Source: a virus (lineage: Duplodnaviria > Caudoviricetes). From it: a stretch of DNA of 64,000 nucleotides. A program made the position numbers and the translations under genes. Numbering within the stretch: position 1 is the stretch's first letter; each line of letters begins with the position of its first letter. The stretch is from positions 1 through 64,000 of the IMG/VR virus record IMGVR_UViG_3300033066_001528. The stretch is one strand, 5' to 3'. Of the stretch, positions 39,192 to 48,705 are shown piece by piece. Under the pieces are notes generated by a model. It saw only the letters and a list, made by a program, of their open reading frames with translations, did not search any database and was not told the origin of the DNA.

Positions 39192-39425
39192 GAAGCTATC
39201 CTGTATGGTTGCCCAAGATGTGGGAAACAGAAGGGATACATTTTAAGCACCAATACGGGAAGTGCGGTGTTCCAGTGCTCCCACTGCACTAAGTTATTCC
39301 TAATCGTTGATGATAGTCTATCCAGGTCCCTTATCCCGGTGGAAGAGAATGGGAGTTTCCATTACCCAGAGGTAGAGCCCCATCCTCTAGGATGTCATGC
39401 GAACGGGGGGGTCAGCGATTTTTGA
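39171..39425 (+). CDS. Small zinc-ribbon protein
   Basis: CPRCG...CSHC; start uncertain. Confidence 0.45.
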   Translation: MIAVHRHEAILYGCPRCGKQKGYILSTNTGSAVFQCSHCTKLFLIVDDSLSRSLIPVEENGSFHYPEVEPHPLGCHANGGVSDF

Positions 39426-39894
39426 GATAACCGAGAAGAACCCTATTTTCTGAGGTGTCGTCCAAAAAAGATACGGACATCGTGAGCAGATAGGTACAAT
39501 ATGCGTCCCCCATCTCAAAATCCGCAACGGTCACTTCGGGATTCGATATCGCGGTAGAAGTAGGTGTGAATTTAGGAAGAAGGCTTTTTATGGATCGGAG
39601 GATTAACCTACTTCGGTTAGGTGGTAACCAATTTGGATTCGTTGTTGGGTCCGGGGTATCTTCCGGATAATAGAGAATTACGGAAACAACTCCCCCATCT
39701 CCTTTGCCGACAACAGTGACATCCCCGACAAGAACACCCCTTAAACCTCCAGATCTAATAATAGAACCCAGTCGCTCACGGGAAAAAGCAGACTCCAACC
39801 ATTGGACTTTCCGGCTTTTCGTATCCGGTGGCTTACGGTCAAAAAACCAAGCATGTCTAATCATATAACGTTCTGCTACTTTGCGAGATGGCAT
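39412..39894 (-). CDS. Hypothetical protein with N-terminal tag B
   Basis: MPSRKVAERYMIRHA. Confidence 0.6.
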   Translation of the reverse strand: MPSRKVAERYMIRHAWFFDRKPPDTKSRKVQWLESAFSRERLGSIIRSGGLRGVLVGDVTVVGKGDGGVVSVILYYPEDTPDPTTNPNWLPPNRSRLILRSIKSLLPKFTPTSTAISNPEVTVADFEMGDAYCTYLLTMSVSFLDDTSENRVLLGYLKNR

Positions 39895-39933
39895 TATGAA
39901 AGGAGAGTGGATAGAAACAAACAAATGAATACC

Positions 39934-40725
39934 TTAGCCAGTCTCCAAGACGGCCTGTAATTCAGGGTGTCTGTAAATCGCTGAACCGACAAAACAAACG
40001 AGGTTAGAGACCGGACGGTAAACGCGCTCACTGTGTGTGTGCCCGCACAGAACCATAAACTGAACATTAGGATATTCCCGAGCCAAACAAAGAAGCTCTT
40101 GCCCCAACCTCAAGTTGCAATAAAAAGGAAGGTACGAACTGGGGGTAGGAGAAGAGAAATGGAAACAGGATTGAGGGAACGGTGGGAAATGTGTTGCAAC
40201 CACAATCATCTTGGCTCGGGAAGCCACATCTTTGACTCTTTTCGATATCAAATGGGTGTGGTGATCCGCCCTTCGTTGATAGAGGGCCAGCCTATCAGAC
40301 GAGTTCATTGAATTAAGTCCTGGTATCTCCCCCAATTCCGCCATACGAATCCTAGACCCGGAATAATCCCCGGCCCTCCCATCGTACCAGCCATCCACCC
40401 CAAGCAAGTAAGATCCATCCCCAAAGTGAATGGGTTCCGAATTTGTCAAATAGGTAAGGTCCAACGAGTGATAGTCGGCCATCACCTTATCCGTGGCCTC
40501 AAAAGTCAGATGCCAGTAATCATGATTCCCGAGAACAAAATCAATGGGAATCCTAATCCTATTCTGAAGGCGGCCAAGGTCGGATAAAACTCGACGAGAG
40601 GTGGAGTTATCTCCAGTTAACAGGAGACGATCTACCTTTGCATTTTGAATGGATTGAACAAACCGAAAAAAAGAATCTTCGGATACACAATCCAAATGAA
40701 TATCGGTTGCCCAAGCTAATCGCAT
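39934..40725 (-). CDS. Calcineurin-like metallophosphoesterase
   Basis: DIH, GD, GNHD, THFPP and GHTH motifs. Confidence 0.9.
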   Translation of the reverse strand: MRLAWATDIHLDCVSEDSFFRFVQSIQNAKVDRLLLTGDNSTSRRVLSDLGRLQNRIRIPIDFVLGNHDYWHLTFEATDKVMADYHSLDLTYLTNSEPIHFGDGSYLLGVDGWYDGRAGDYSGSRIRMAELGEIPGLNSMNSSDRLALYQRRADHHTHLISKRVKDVASRAKMIVVATHFPPFPQSCFHFSSPTPSSYLPFYCNLRLGQELLCLAREYPNVQFMVLCGHTHSERVYRPVSNLVCFVGSAIYRHPELQAVLETG

Positions 40726-40730
40726 TGGAA

Positions 40731-41525
40731 TTATAGGCAGGCGCCAACGGATCGAGTGTAGGCTAAAGAAAGGTCCCGGTCCAAACGATCCTGATATTTC
40801 TCCCCGTAGAGGGGGTTATCAACGGCAACACGCACCCTACTCTCTACGTCTGTTGAAAAAGGATCTAGGGGACCATGATAATGGATCTCTAGAATTGTAG
40901 ACCCGCTATCCGGACCAAGACCCCCCGCCACACCAAGACCGAACCCATGCTCCCTGGCCATGGGCTCCAGGTGATGAAGGATTTCATACCATAAACCCGG
41001 ACTAGAAGGCTTGCCATTCCCACCGGAAAAGTCAATTAGAGCATAGTCCATAAGGCCGGTGTAGGAACGAAGGTACTGGGCCACATTCTCCGGAGTTCGT
41101 TTTGAACCAATTGAAGACCCATTCACCTGAAGGATGATTTTCACATTCGGGAACATATCCCTCACCAAACGAATACTAGAGGGATCCGGCTTAACCACAT
41201 TCAACTGGATGCCACCACTAAACCCCTTAAAAACCCCCAAAAGATCGCGGAGTTGGATCATAAGGGATCGGTCATCACCTCCCGTATTGTAGTGGATGGC
41301 GGGAAAGACCCCCCCAATCAGCGAAAGGGATTCGATCAACCGAACGGCCGTTCCAACTTTAGGGTAGCGACGGTTAGTGACGGGTACATGCTTGAGTGTT
41401 TTTCCACTCACCAAAACACCAGCCATCACCAAGTGAGAGGCCGGAGCAATAGCTCTGCACTCCCGGATAGTATCCACATCATCAGGGGTAACAACACCCG
41501 TGATACCTAAGTAGGGAAGAGTCAC
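40731..41525 (-). CDS. Phosphoribosylanthranilate isomerase (TrpF)-like TIM barrel
   Basis: IQLN, LIDFSGGNG, GVAGGLGPD and DVESRVR. Confidence 0.7.
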   Translation of the reverse strand: MTLPYLGITGVVTPDDVDTIRECRAIAPASHLVMAGVLVSGKTLKHVPVTNRRYPKVGTAVRLIESLSLIGGVFPAIHYNTGGDDRSLMIQLRDLLGVFKGFSGGIQLNVVKPDPSSIRLVRDMFPNVKIILQVNGSSIGSKRTPENVAQYLRSYTGLMDYALIDFSGGNGKPSSPGLWYEILHHLEPMAREHGFGLGVAGGLGPDSGSTILEIHYHGPLDPFSTDVESRVRVAVDNPLYGEKYQDRLDRDLSLAYTRSVGACL

Positions 41526-41953
41526 ATCAAAGACCTTTCTCTGGTTTTACCACCCGAGGTGCAATCCAATCTCTCAAACACAAGGGGCCTATCCGTCACG
41601 TTCCACCCGTTCCCCACGAAGTAGTCTCGGATCTCAGACTCTGTAGCGGAGTCAGGAACCCCACCTTTGAATGCAGTTTTCGGATAATGGACCCACCTAT
41701 CACCTTCGCGGACAAAGGACACCGTGATAAGGGGCACATGCTTTATCACGAAAGCAGTCATGTCGCGGAACGCAAGGAAAGACCAATTATCACGAAGAGC
41801 CAGCTCCAAAGCTTCCACGGAAGTGGTGATACCCCGGGTGTTGGGAATAGAAATCTTCCCCCGGGCCGTTTGAACGAACCAGGACGGTGCATAATCAAAC
41901 TCAGGGGTAAGCTCCATTACAAGAGAACCAACGGCGGGTGCTGTATTCATCAC
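41522..41953 (-). CDS. Hypothetical protein
   Basis: Start and stop overlap both neighbours. Confidence 0.55.
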   Translation of the reverse strand: MMNTAPAVGSLVMELTPEFDYAPSWFVQTARGKISIPNTRGITTSVEALELALRDNWSFLAFRDMTAFVIKHVPLITVSFVREGDRWVHYPKTAFKGGVPDSATESEIRDYFVGNGWNVTDRPLVFERLDCTSGGKTRERSLM

Positions 41954-43269
41954 GTCACCTTACGACGCTGAATGTTAGAGTAGCACACAGGAACCGCAAG
42001 ATTGATTTTGTCCGTGGAACGAGCCCCAAAAGAAGCAATACCTACCTTGGACCCAAGCATCGCACTCACCTTATCTACCACGGAATACGGATCCAGGAAA
42101 TCACCCGAAGCGATCATTGTTTCGATCTCAGGACGAGCCGTTCGGAGCAAAGCGGTATTGGAATCCTGATAAAGCATATCGTCTGCCGGAGTGGGAGACG
42201 CAACTAGACCGGGAAAATCCGGCCTATATGCATCAACATACTTCCAGGTATTTTTCACCGCATCTAGATGGGATAGTGCAATAGAATCAACCCCACCAAT
42301 AGCCTCCAGTGAGTACCGGAAGAGAACTGCATCAAAATGACCCTGACGAAACGGACCCTGCCAACCGGCCGGGCTGTTATGGTATTCGGGATTATTCAAC
42401 GAAGCCTCTGTCGGAAACGGACCCTCTCCGTGACGAGTCATGTATGTCCGAAGACAACCAATGACGTGCGTATTCCCCGAAAAGTCAACTTCATTTAGAA
42501 GTCGCATGGCATTTCTTGGTGTTGTGTCAGACCAAGTGGTATGAGGGTGAAACCCATGCCACTTATCCAGCAGAACCCCCTGTGCCCCCTCGAAAATAAG
42601 AGGCTTTCCAGAAGCCACCAGATTTTTCATATAGGAAGTTTCATCAACAGTGTGGAGATTCCGAAGAAAACCAGCCATCCTGTCTTTGTAAGCTTCGGGG
42701 TCGAACCGCACGGACTCAAACCCCATCTCCACGGCAAAAGCATTGGCAAGGTCCATCTGCAAACGGAGTTTACGGGACAATGTATCCGGTGTATGAAGAT
42801 CCACCACACGGATCGTGGCTTCAGGATTGGTGTAGGACATGGAGACGGACTCCCCAAAACCCATACCACAAGTACCATGACGATCTTCGCCGCGAGCCAG
42901 TTCGCGAGTTCGATTCATTGCTTGGTGGAGAGGGGTGATAACCAGGGCCCCCATCGAAACGTCCAAAAGAGAGAAAGGATCACGAACCCCCTTGGAGGAA
43001 AGGACTTCAGACTCTCGAATCATGGCTGTAGGGTGAATAGCCATGTATCGACTGAGGAAAGTTCGGCAACCATGAAAAGTTGCCGAACCCCACTGGGCAA
43101 AAGTGTGATGCCGACCATCACCAGAAATGACGTTGTGCCCAGCCTGGGCACCACCGTTGTGACGAATGACAGTAGACCCCGGGTTGACGGAGGCAAGGAA
43201 GTCAACCGTCCCCCCCTTACCCTCATCACCAAACGCCAGACCCGTAACGATGTATGCTGTTTGGTTCAT
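41950..43269 (-). CDS. Divergent adenylosuccinate synthetase (PurA-like) family protein
   Basis: FGDEGKG, GGAQAGH, FEGAQG, HPHTT and TRHGEGP present; aspartate-binding loop and TKLD motif altered. Confidence 0.88.
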   Translation of the reverse strand: MNQTAYIVTGLAFGDEGKGGTVDFLASVNPGSTVIRHNGGAQAGHNVISGDGRHHTFAQWGSATFHGCRTFLSRYMAIHPTAMIRESEVLSSKGVRDPFSLLDVSMGALVITPLHQAMNRTRELARGEDRHGTCGMGFGESVSMSYTNPEATIRVVDLHTPDTLSRKLRLQMDLANAFAVEMGFESVRFDPEAYKDRMAGFLRNLHTVDETSYMKNLVASGKPLIFEGAQGVLLDKWHGFHPHTTWSDTTPRNAMRLLNEVDFSGNTHVIGCLRTYMTRHGEGPFPTEASLNNPEYHNSPAGWQGPFRQGHFDAVLFRYSLEAIGGVDSIALSHLDAVKNTWKYVDAYRPDFPGLVASPTPADDMLYQDSNTALLRTARPEIETMIASGDFLDPYSVVDKVSAMLGSKVGIASFGARSTDKINLAVPVCYSNIQRRKVT

Positions 43270-43304
43270 GGCCTCTCTTACGCGGAGGCCATGATAGTTG
43301 ATTT

Positions 43305-44243
43305 CTAAAAATTCTCTCGAAAATCGGGTGGGGGAGTACCGGACTTCCCAATACTATTTGCGTACGGAGTCAAAGACCGAACAATTGGCCCCAAGAGGTC
43401 CGATGGCACACCATTGGCCTTGAGGCTGTCCGCATAGGCAATGAGATCCGATACCTTTCCTTCGGTGAGAGCCACCAACCCTGCCGACACATATGAGGTA
43501 ATCCCATCGGCATAGAGTTGGATAACCCTATCCCCCAGAAGCTCACGCCAACGGGCAACTACTTTCTGATGACCATGGTTGTAGGGGATTAGGAAAAAAG
43601 TATGATACTTCTCCCCCAATTCTTGGAAGATATGACCCGTAGGGATATCCTTGTTGATTTTCGAGGACATCCAAGTTCGAACAAGATTGGCCTGAACAAA
43701 TGGAAAAGGATTGTCATCTCCAGTGAAAATGGCATAACCTTTTCTGCCCCGCCGAACAAAGTTGTCCGTCTCCGTGTGGCGGGATAGGAAATAGGCTGCA
43801 AGGTCGTAGCTTTCTCCACCATTACCACCACCCCCACCCTCCAGAAAGCACCACGTCAGCCACTGATCCATGCCGGATGCGGTGGACTCGAACTGACCAA
43901 CTTGAAGAGGGGCCTTTTCGTATCCAGTAATAGCGTCACCTACGGCCATAAAAAGAACCTGTGGGTCCGGTACCCCCACGTTCATTAAAACTTGCATGAA
44001 TTGGGGAAGCTCTTTTTTGGCAAGATCCTTAGGTATATCCCCCATGGATCCTGTCTCATCCAAAACAAAAGCAATGGGCAGTGAATTCGGATGATCCTCC
44101 GAATCCCTAGATTCACGGAGATTCACATTCCGGGGATCCATAAGCGAATGCAGGGAATGGTGGAAAACAGTCTCCACCGGAATAGCCGCGCGAGTAGAGA
44201 CAATCGCGGCATGGTCTTCCATACTATATCCACCGTAACCCAT
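43305..44243 (-). CDS. vWA-domain protein
   Basis: DETGSMG, EGGGGGNGGESY and FTGDD; AAGGAG Shine-Dalgarno before MGYGGYS. Confidence 0.8.
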   Translation of the reverse strand: MGYGGYSMEDHAAIVSTRAAIPVETVFHHSLHSLMDPRNVNLRESRDSEDHPNSLPIAFVLDETGSMGDIPKDLAKKELPQFMQVLMNVGVPDPQVLFMAVGDAITGYEKAPLQVGQFESTASGMDQWLTWCFLEGGGGGNGGESYDLAAYFLSRHTETDNFVRRGRKGYAIFTGDDNPFPFVQANLVRTWMSSKINKDIPTGHIFQELGEKYHTFFLIPYNHGHQKVVARWRELLGDRVIQLYADGITSYVSAGLVALTEGKVSDLIAYADSLKANGVPSDLLGPIVRSLTPYANSIGKSGTPPPDFRENF

Positions 44244-44400
44244 ATCACGTCTCCTTCTTATCGTTTGAGGGAACGGAGTCATTGCACCCGTCCCCATATG
44301 AAATCTCACCGGGTGTGTTCACCACCCTGGTGATAGGTGTGTATTCCTGTACCCCATCGTCATCAGTGTCTTTTGAAGTATACAAACTCTGTCCCATGAT

Positions 44401-44616
44401 TCAAACCTCAACTTTCCAAGTAGTGAACACTACGTCTCCAGACGTACGAACAACGGGTTTCCCGAAGGTCCCAGGAACTGTTACGTGGGGCCATAGAGTA
44501 GTGACCACTTCCATTGGATCTATATCCGAGACATCCCCGAGACCCTCAAGGGATAGGAAAGTGGACACACCCACACGTGACCAAATGCCACCCAGAATTC
44601 TCTCTTTACTTGTCAT
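44401..44616 (-). CDS. Small hypothetical protein
   Basis: ATGA overlap with the upstream kinase-like gene. Confidence 0.5.
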   Translation of the reverse strand: MTSKERILGGIWSRVGVSTFLSLEGLGDVSDIDPMEVVTTLWPHVTVPGTFGKPVVRTSGDVVFTTWKVEV

Positions 44617-45437
44617 TTACCACCCATAGTGAAGTTGTGGTATCTGTTACCCCCATAAAGGTTTTTAGCTAAGGTATCTACTTGGACCAAGAGATCCCAG
44701 GCGTCTTCCGACCATTTTCCTTGGGCGACATTGGTTATCAATGTCTCCAAACCCTTAGAAACGCCAGCAGGAAGCCCCTTCTCATCCCCACCCAGAACCC
44801 GATAGACACATCGGGCCGACATGATGATGTCCGTTGAAGGAGTGATCGAACCCCCATCCCACACGTCTTTGGGGTAGTAGAACTCATATCCGGGACTTCG
44901 AGCAACGAGTCTGCTACCAATTTTCGCAGTCCTAGACCATCCTGCCAATACAAGCCCGTGATCCCTAGGGTGAATCAGTAGATGCTGAGGGGTACACGAG
45001 GAATGAACATACCCCGCAAGATGAAGCCACCCCAAGAAGGAAAGAGCTCGCTTCCACATCCACAGAGCCGTCCTTTCATCTACTCCGCGGGGATACTCTC
45101 GAAATACATCCTCGAATGTGTACTGAAATCCAGTACGCCAAAGATATTTGTTTGCAAAGGTTGTTTCCGATTTCCGCTGAATTTTCACCGTGGTTAAAAA
45201 TGGAGGCAAAAAAGAACTGAAATAATCGGATCCTTTAACGGAAGAATTAGCAAGCTCACATACAACGGAAGCCTCACGCCTCAAAAGATCCACCGATTTG
45301 GTCTCCGTACCCCGGGGGATTTTCAGAACCACCATTTCCTTAGGCTCCTCCCGTTGAGTATAGAAAACGTCACAAAACTCCCCGTCCCCAACCTGACCTA
45401 GAATGGTATAAGAGTCACCATTGATTTGAACTCTCAT
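44613..45437 (-). CDS. Protein-kinase-fold protein, probably a pseudokinase
   Basis: VGDGEFCDVF, VVLK and REA retained; catalytic loop is HSSCTPQH and DFG position is AGW. Confidence 0.75.
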   Translation of the reverse strand: MRVQINGDSYTILGQVGDGEFCDVFYTQREEPKEMVVLKIPRGTETKSVDLLRREASVVCELANSSVKGSDYFSSFLPPFLTTVKIQRKSETTFANKYLWRTGFQYTFEDVFREYPRGVDERTALWMWKRALSFLGWLHLAGYVHSSCTPQHLLIHPRDHGLVLAGWSRTAKIGSRLVARSPGYEFYYPKDVWDGGSITPSTDIIMSARCVYRVLGGDEKGLPAGVSKGLETLITNVAQGKWSEDAWDLLVQVDTLAKNLYGGNRYHNFTMGGK

Positions 45438-45811
45438 TGGGATATCCTTTCGAAAAAGTACAAAAGACCCATAGCCATCTCGATTGCTTGATCTTTTGTA
45501 CAAGACAATTTATCCTGAATCCACTGCTGAAGATGATGGAGTTTTGGGATCCCACCACCAGTAGAAAGGGTCATACTGATTCGTGGGCCCAAAGGCCCCG
45601 AACCAGCCTTAACGACCCCGGACACCTCCAGCCAAGTGATGAGGTATGTATGGGGTCCAAGACCATAGAGGCTAGCCGACAGCCAATCCATCGGAGCTAT
45701 ATGTAGGGTAAACCGAGGCCCTGCACTCCGTGTTTGCACCGTTCCGGAACACCCGTACAAAACTACAAGGAAGGTATCCGTGATAAAATGCTGGGATTCC
45801 ATACTGACCAT
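45434..45811 (-). CDS. Hypothetical protein
   Basis: TAATG overlap upstream and ATGA overlap downstream. Confidence 0.5.
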   Translation of the reverse strand: MVSMESQHFITDTFLVVLYGCSGTVQTRSAGPRFTLHIAPMDWLSASLYGLGPHTYLITWLEVSGVVKAGSGPLGPRISMTLSTGGGIPKLHHLQQWIQDKLSCTKDQAIEMAMGLLYFFERISQ

Positions 45812-47547
45812 TACCCGCAAGTAACGATCAGGGTTTTGGCCTTCACATCATATTCGTGACCCAAGTACCTTGTGCGATGGCCCTGACGGAAAGCTACCTC
45901 GTGAGGCCACAAGTATTGAGGTACGGAACACATCTTGTCTCCAATTTTAACCTTCACTTTTACGGGGAAGTCAATTTGAGTGTCACTACCCTTGGGAAAC
46001 ATACCCACAATGCTCTCCACCCCCCAAGCCCGAAGAATGGATTGTGGTAGCATTTCCCGAATCCCCTCAAACCACCTATCTCTTAAGTAACCCCGGAGTT
46101 TGGTCCCATTAGCATCGATCAAGTACCCACAAAGAGACTGAGAAGTGAGAAATTCTCTGTCCTCCATGATAGGGGAAAGAAGCTCCCGAACTTCAGGGTT
46201 CCCACTTACAACAATCCGTACATTCTCCCACTCTGGAAGCATAAGAAAATGCATCCGATGGGTGGACAAATCAGAGTAGGGGGTGGGAAGAATATCAATT
46301 GAGTCCGGAGGGTAGCCAACGTCACTCAGGGCTACCCGAAGCATTTCGGCAACTACCCATTTGGGAAGAGGATCCTGGTCAGTCCAGGTATAGGATTTTT
46401 GAAGGGTGATAACGGGACGAAAACCCAGCTCAAGCACCCTAGCAATGAGGTTGATATGTCCCTTATGTGGAACCCCGCATCGCATTGGGAGTAGTGCTTT
46501 AGGTCTGCACGAAGTGGTGCGTGAAATGTAGAACTTCGTAGTAGAGAAATGACGAACCACGTCATCTGCAGTCGGGCGATCCGCGGGGTCTTTGGCCATC
46601 ATCCTACGGAGCAGACTAACCATAGTGGGGGGGATGCCCACCTTTGCCTCATACGGATCAGCTATGTGAGCAACAGCATGTTCCCTGGCGGCACCAAAAA
46701 ATTTGGTATTCTTGCCCACAAACGGGTGATCCCCAGTGAAAAGTTGGTGTGCCAGAACCCCCAGAGCCCAGATATCACTAGCTGGAGAAGCCTCTCGCCT
46801 GGAAAACGTCTCAGGAGCGGCATAGACGGGATCCACCAGATAGGTTCCAATCGTTGACCCTAGTCCGCATCTACGTGAATGACTGAAGTCAAACAGAGCC
46901 CCACTGGTAAGGACGTTGGATTTCGATAGATCCATGTACAAAACCCCAGCCTCGTGAAGGAAGCGAAGGTTTTCTGCCACTTTACGAACAATCTCTTCGG
47001 CAAACCGAGAGGAGGGGATAATATCGGAGAGGGTTTCCCCACGTTCAAATAGCCGAAGGATAACTTTACCTGAAAGGAGCTTATAGGGCCTGTGAAGACA
47101 ATCTAAAATACTATCCTCTCGATCAGCCCTATCCCCCAAGGGTCCCGAAGACTCGTCCCATAGCTCTTTTGCAATATGCACCCCACCATTAGTGTCACAC
47201 ACCGATGCCACTAAACGATCGGCCTTTGGGGAAGACAAAAGGGATAGGAAAGTTAGCCCATTTTGAGTTAGGCATTTGCGGAAAGACTCAATACCCATGG
47301 ACTTAGGTGCTGGGGCCCTCTTCCAGGGAGGAATATCCAGAATCATATCCGGGGGGCAAAGTCGATTGAAATCGACCAGAGCCTTTTCGTCCCGAAGAAC
47401 AGCCAGAACACTTCGAATATCCCTTAAGGATTTAGGGTCATGAAGTGCGACCACAATCGCTTCCTGGAATCGAAAAGGCTCGCTCTCAACCGTGGAGAGA
47501 AGGAAAGGGACGATGTAATCGGGGGGCATCGGGGGTATTACCCCCAT
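45811..47547 (-). CDS. Ser/Thr protein kinase fused to NadM/NMNAT-like HxGH nucleotidyltransferase
   Basis: Kinase: YMDLSKSN, DFS, YAAPE, SDIWALG, RPTA. NTase: PHKGH, TDQDPL, SGNPEV, NGTKLR. Confidence 0.8.
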   Translation of the reverse strand: MGVIPPMPPDYIVPFLLSTVESEPFRFQEAIVVALHDPKSLRDIRSVLAVLRDEKALVDFNRLCPPDMILDIPPWKRAPAPKSMGIESFRKCLTQNGLTFLSLLSSPKADRLVASVCDTNGGVHIAKELWDESSGPLGDRADREDSILDCLHRPYKLLSGKVILRLFERGETLSDIIPSSRFAEEIVRKVAENLRFLHEAGVLYMDLSKSNVLTSGALFDFSHSRRCGLGSTIGTYLVDPVYAAPETFSRREASPASDIWALGVLAHQLFTGDHPFVGKNTKFFGAAREHAVAHIADPYEAKVGIPPTMVSLLRRMMAKDPADRPTADDVVRHFSTTKFYISRTTSCRPKALLPMRCGVPHKGHINLIARVLELGFRPVITLQKSYTWTDQDPLPKWVVAEMLRVALSDVGYPPDSIDILPTPYSDLSTHRMHFLMLPEWENVRIVVSGNPEVRELLSPIMEDREFLTSQSLCGYLIDANGTKLRGYLRDRWFEGIREMLPQSILRAWGVESIVGMFPKGSDTQIDFPVKVKVKIGDKMCSVPQYLWPHEVAFRQGHRTRYLGHEYDVKAKTLIVTCG

Positions 47548-47557
47548 TTGGATGAAT

Positions 47558-48628
47558 TTAGCTTAGGAGATCGGAGAGCATACCCTGAATTTCTTCCTCA
47601 GTCATGACTCCGGGAAGGTAGAGCTCGGCAAAAGCTCGAATCCTAATCTTCGCCATATCATCCGTTCGCACACCGAAGATAGGAGAAGAAAGCCATTTTG
47701 CATACAGGGCCGCCAGAAACATTTGGATGGACTGCTTCCCGGCATTACGGGCCATACAGAAGAGAACAGCGTTGGCCACGATGCCGTTCCGATGTGTGGC
47801 CTCTTTAATTGAAGAGAGATCAATGAAGTTACGAGCAACCTCAACGGAATCGAAAACACCAGGAGATGTCTCGAAAAACTGCTTCTGCAGGGGCACCATT
47901 TTTGGATCCGAACCGGATCCAATAAGGATGAACTTCCCATAGGTTCTGCGAATAGCCTCCATGGATCTCCGCCATGAAACCTGATCCGGACATCCATCAT
48001 CACTCTGAAGGCCCATCCCGTGACCCACCACATCGGTCACGAGAATAACCGTGCGATCCTGGACAGGAATTTCGCCAAAATCGATCTCGCTTGCTCGAAG
48101 GAGAGCACACTCTACGGCCTCTGCCTCATCATCACCGGAAGCGCCTCGGATCTTGAGAAAGCTATTGTAGAGCTGCTTATCCCCCTTCTCATTGGCAGAA
48201 GCGAAGTCCGCATATTGAAACAAAAGGTCCCCGTCGCAATGGTCACTGAAGTAAATGAAGGCCACCTCTGCACGGGCATCCACGGATTGAGCAAATGCAG
48301 TGAAATGACCGGAAGACTTCAGGAAATGCTCCGCAATAGCCCGGTTGCTACCGGAATTATCAACCAGAACCACCACGGCTCTTTTTGCCTCCTTAGAGGG
48401 AGAGGTAATGGTGTTCTTGGCTTGTGTGGAGTCGTACAACTCACGAGTGTCCCTTTCCGGAACGGAGGACTTTGACACACGGCCGTGAAGGATATCCTCC
48501 CTGGCCTTCGCCCGACCGGCACGATACTCCGCATAGGCTCGTGTTCTTGTTTCATAGTTACTGTCGGTAATATCCGACAGACTCTCAAGAGCACGAGAAG
48601 ACCCACCGAAACTGTTTCCAGATCCCAT
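47558..48628 (-). CDS. vWA-domain protein
   Basis: LVDNSGSN, GDDEAEAVE and LVTD; likely start MGSGNSFGG. Confidence 0.75.
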   Translation of the reverse strand: MGSGNSFGGSSRALESLSDITDSNYETRTRAYAEYRAGRAKAREDILHGRVSKSSVPERDTRELYDSTQAKNTITSPSKEAKRAVVVLVDNSGSNRAIAEHFLKSSGHFTAFAQSVDARAEVAFIYFSDHCDGDLLFQYADFASANEKGDKQLYNSFLKIRGASGDDEAEAVECALLRASEIDFGEIPVQDRTVILVTDVVGHGMGLQSDDGCPDQVSWRRSMEAIRRTYGKFILIGSGSDPKMVPLQKQFFETSPGVFDSVEVARNFIDLSSIKEATHRNGIVANAVLFCMARNAGKQSIQMFLAALYAKWLSSPIFGVRTDDMAKIRIRAFAELYLPGVMTEEEIQGMLSDLLS

Positions 48629-48661
48629 TTTATTGAACTTTCTGAGGTTAGTAGAAAAGCA

Positions 48662-48704
48662 GGAAAGGGTGGATAACCCACAACTCGGGTTATCCACCCT
48701 TTCC
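48662..48704 (-). terminator. Perfect 18-bp stem-loop (terminator or processing stem)
   Basis: GGAAAGGGTGGATAACCC-7nt-GGGTTATCCACCCTTTCC right after the stop at 48706, followed by TGCTTTT on the minus strand. Confidence 0.65.
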
Positions 48705-48705
48705 G

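Noticed and set aside
40731-41525. True trpF of tryptophan biosynthesis
   Set aside because: No other trp genes are present and the sequence is divergent; only the fold-level call is supported.
41950-43269. PurZ and a 2-aminoadenine (Z) genome
   Set aside because: The P-loop is GDEGKG with the PurA-type Asp, not the PurZ Ser, and no dATPase, MazZ or polymerase gene is adjacent in this window.
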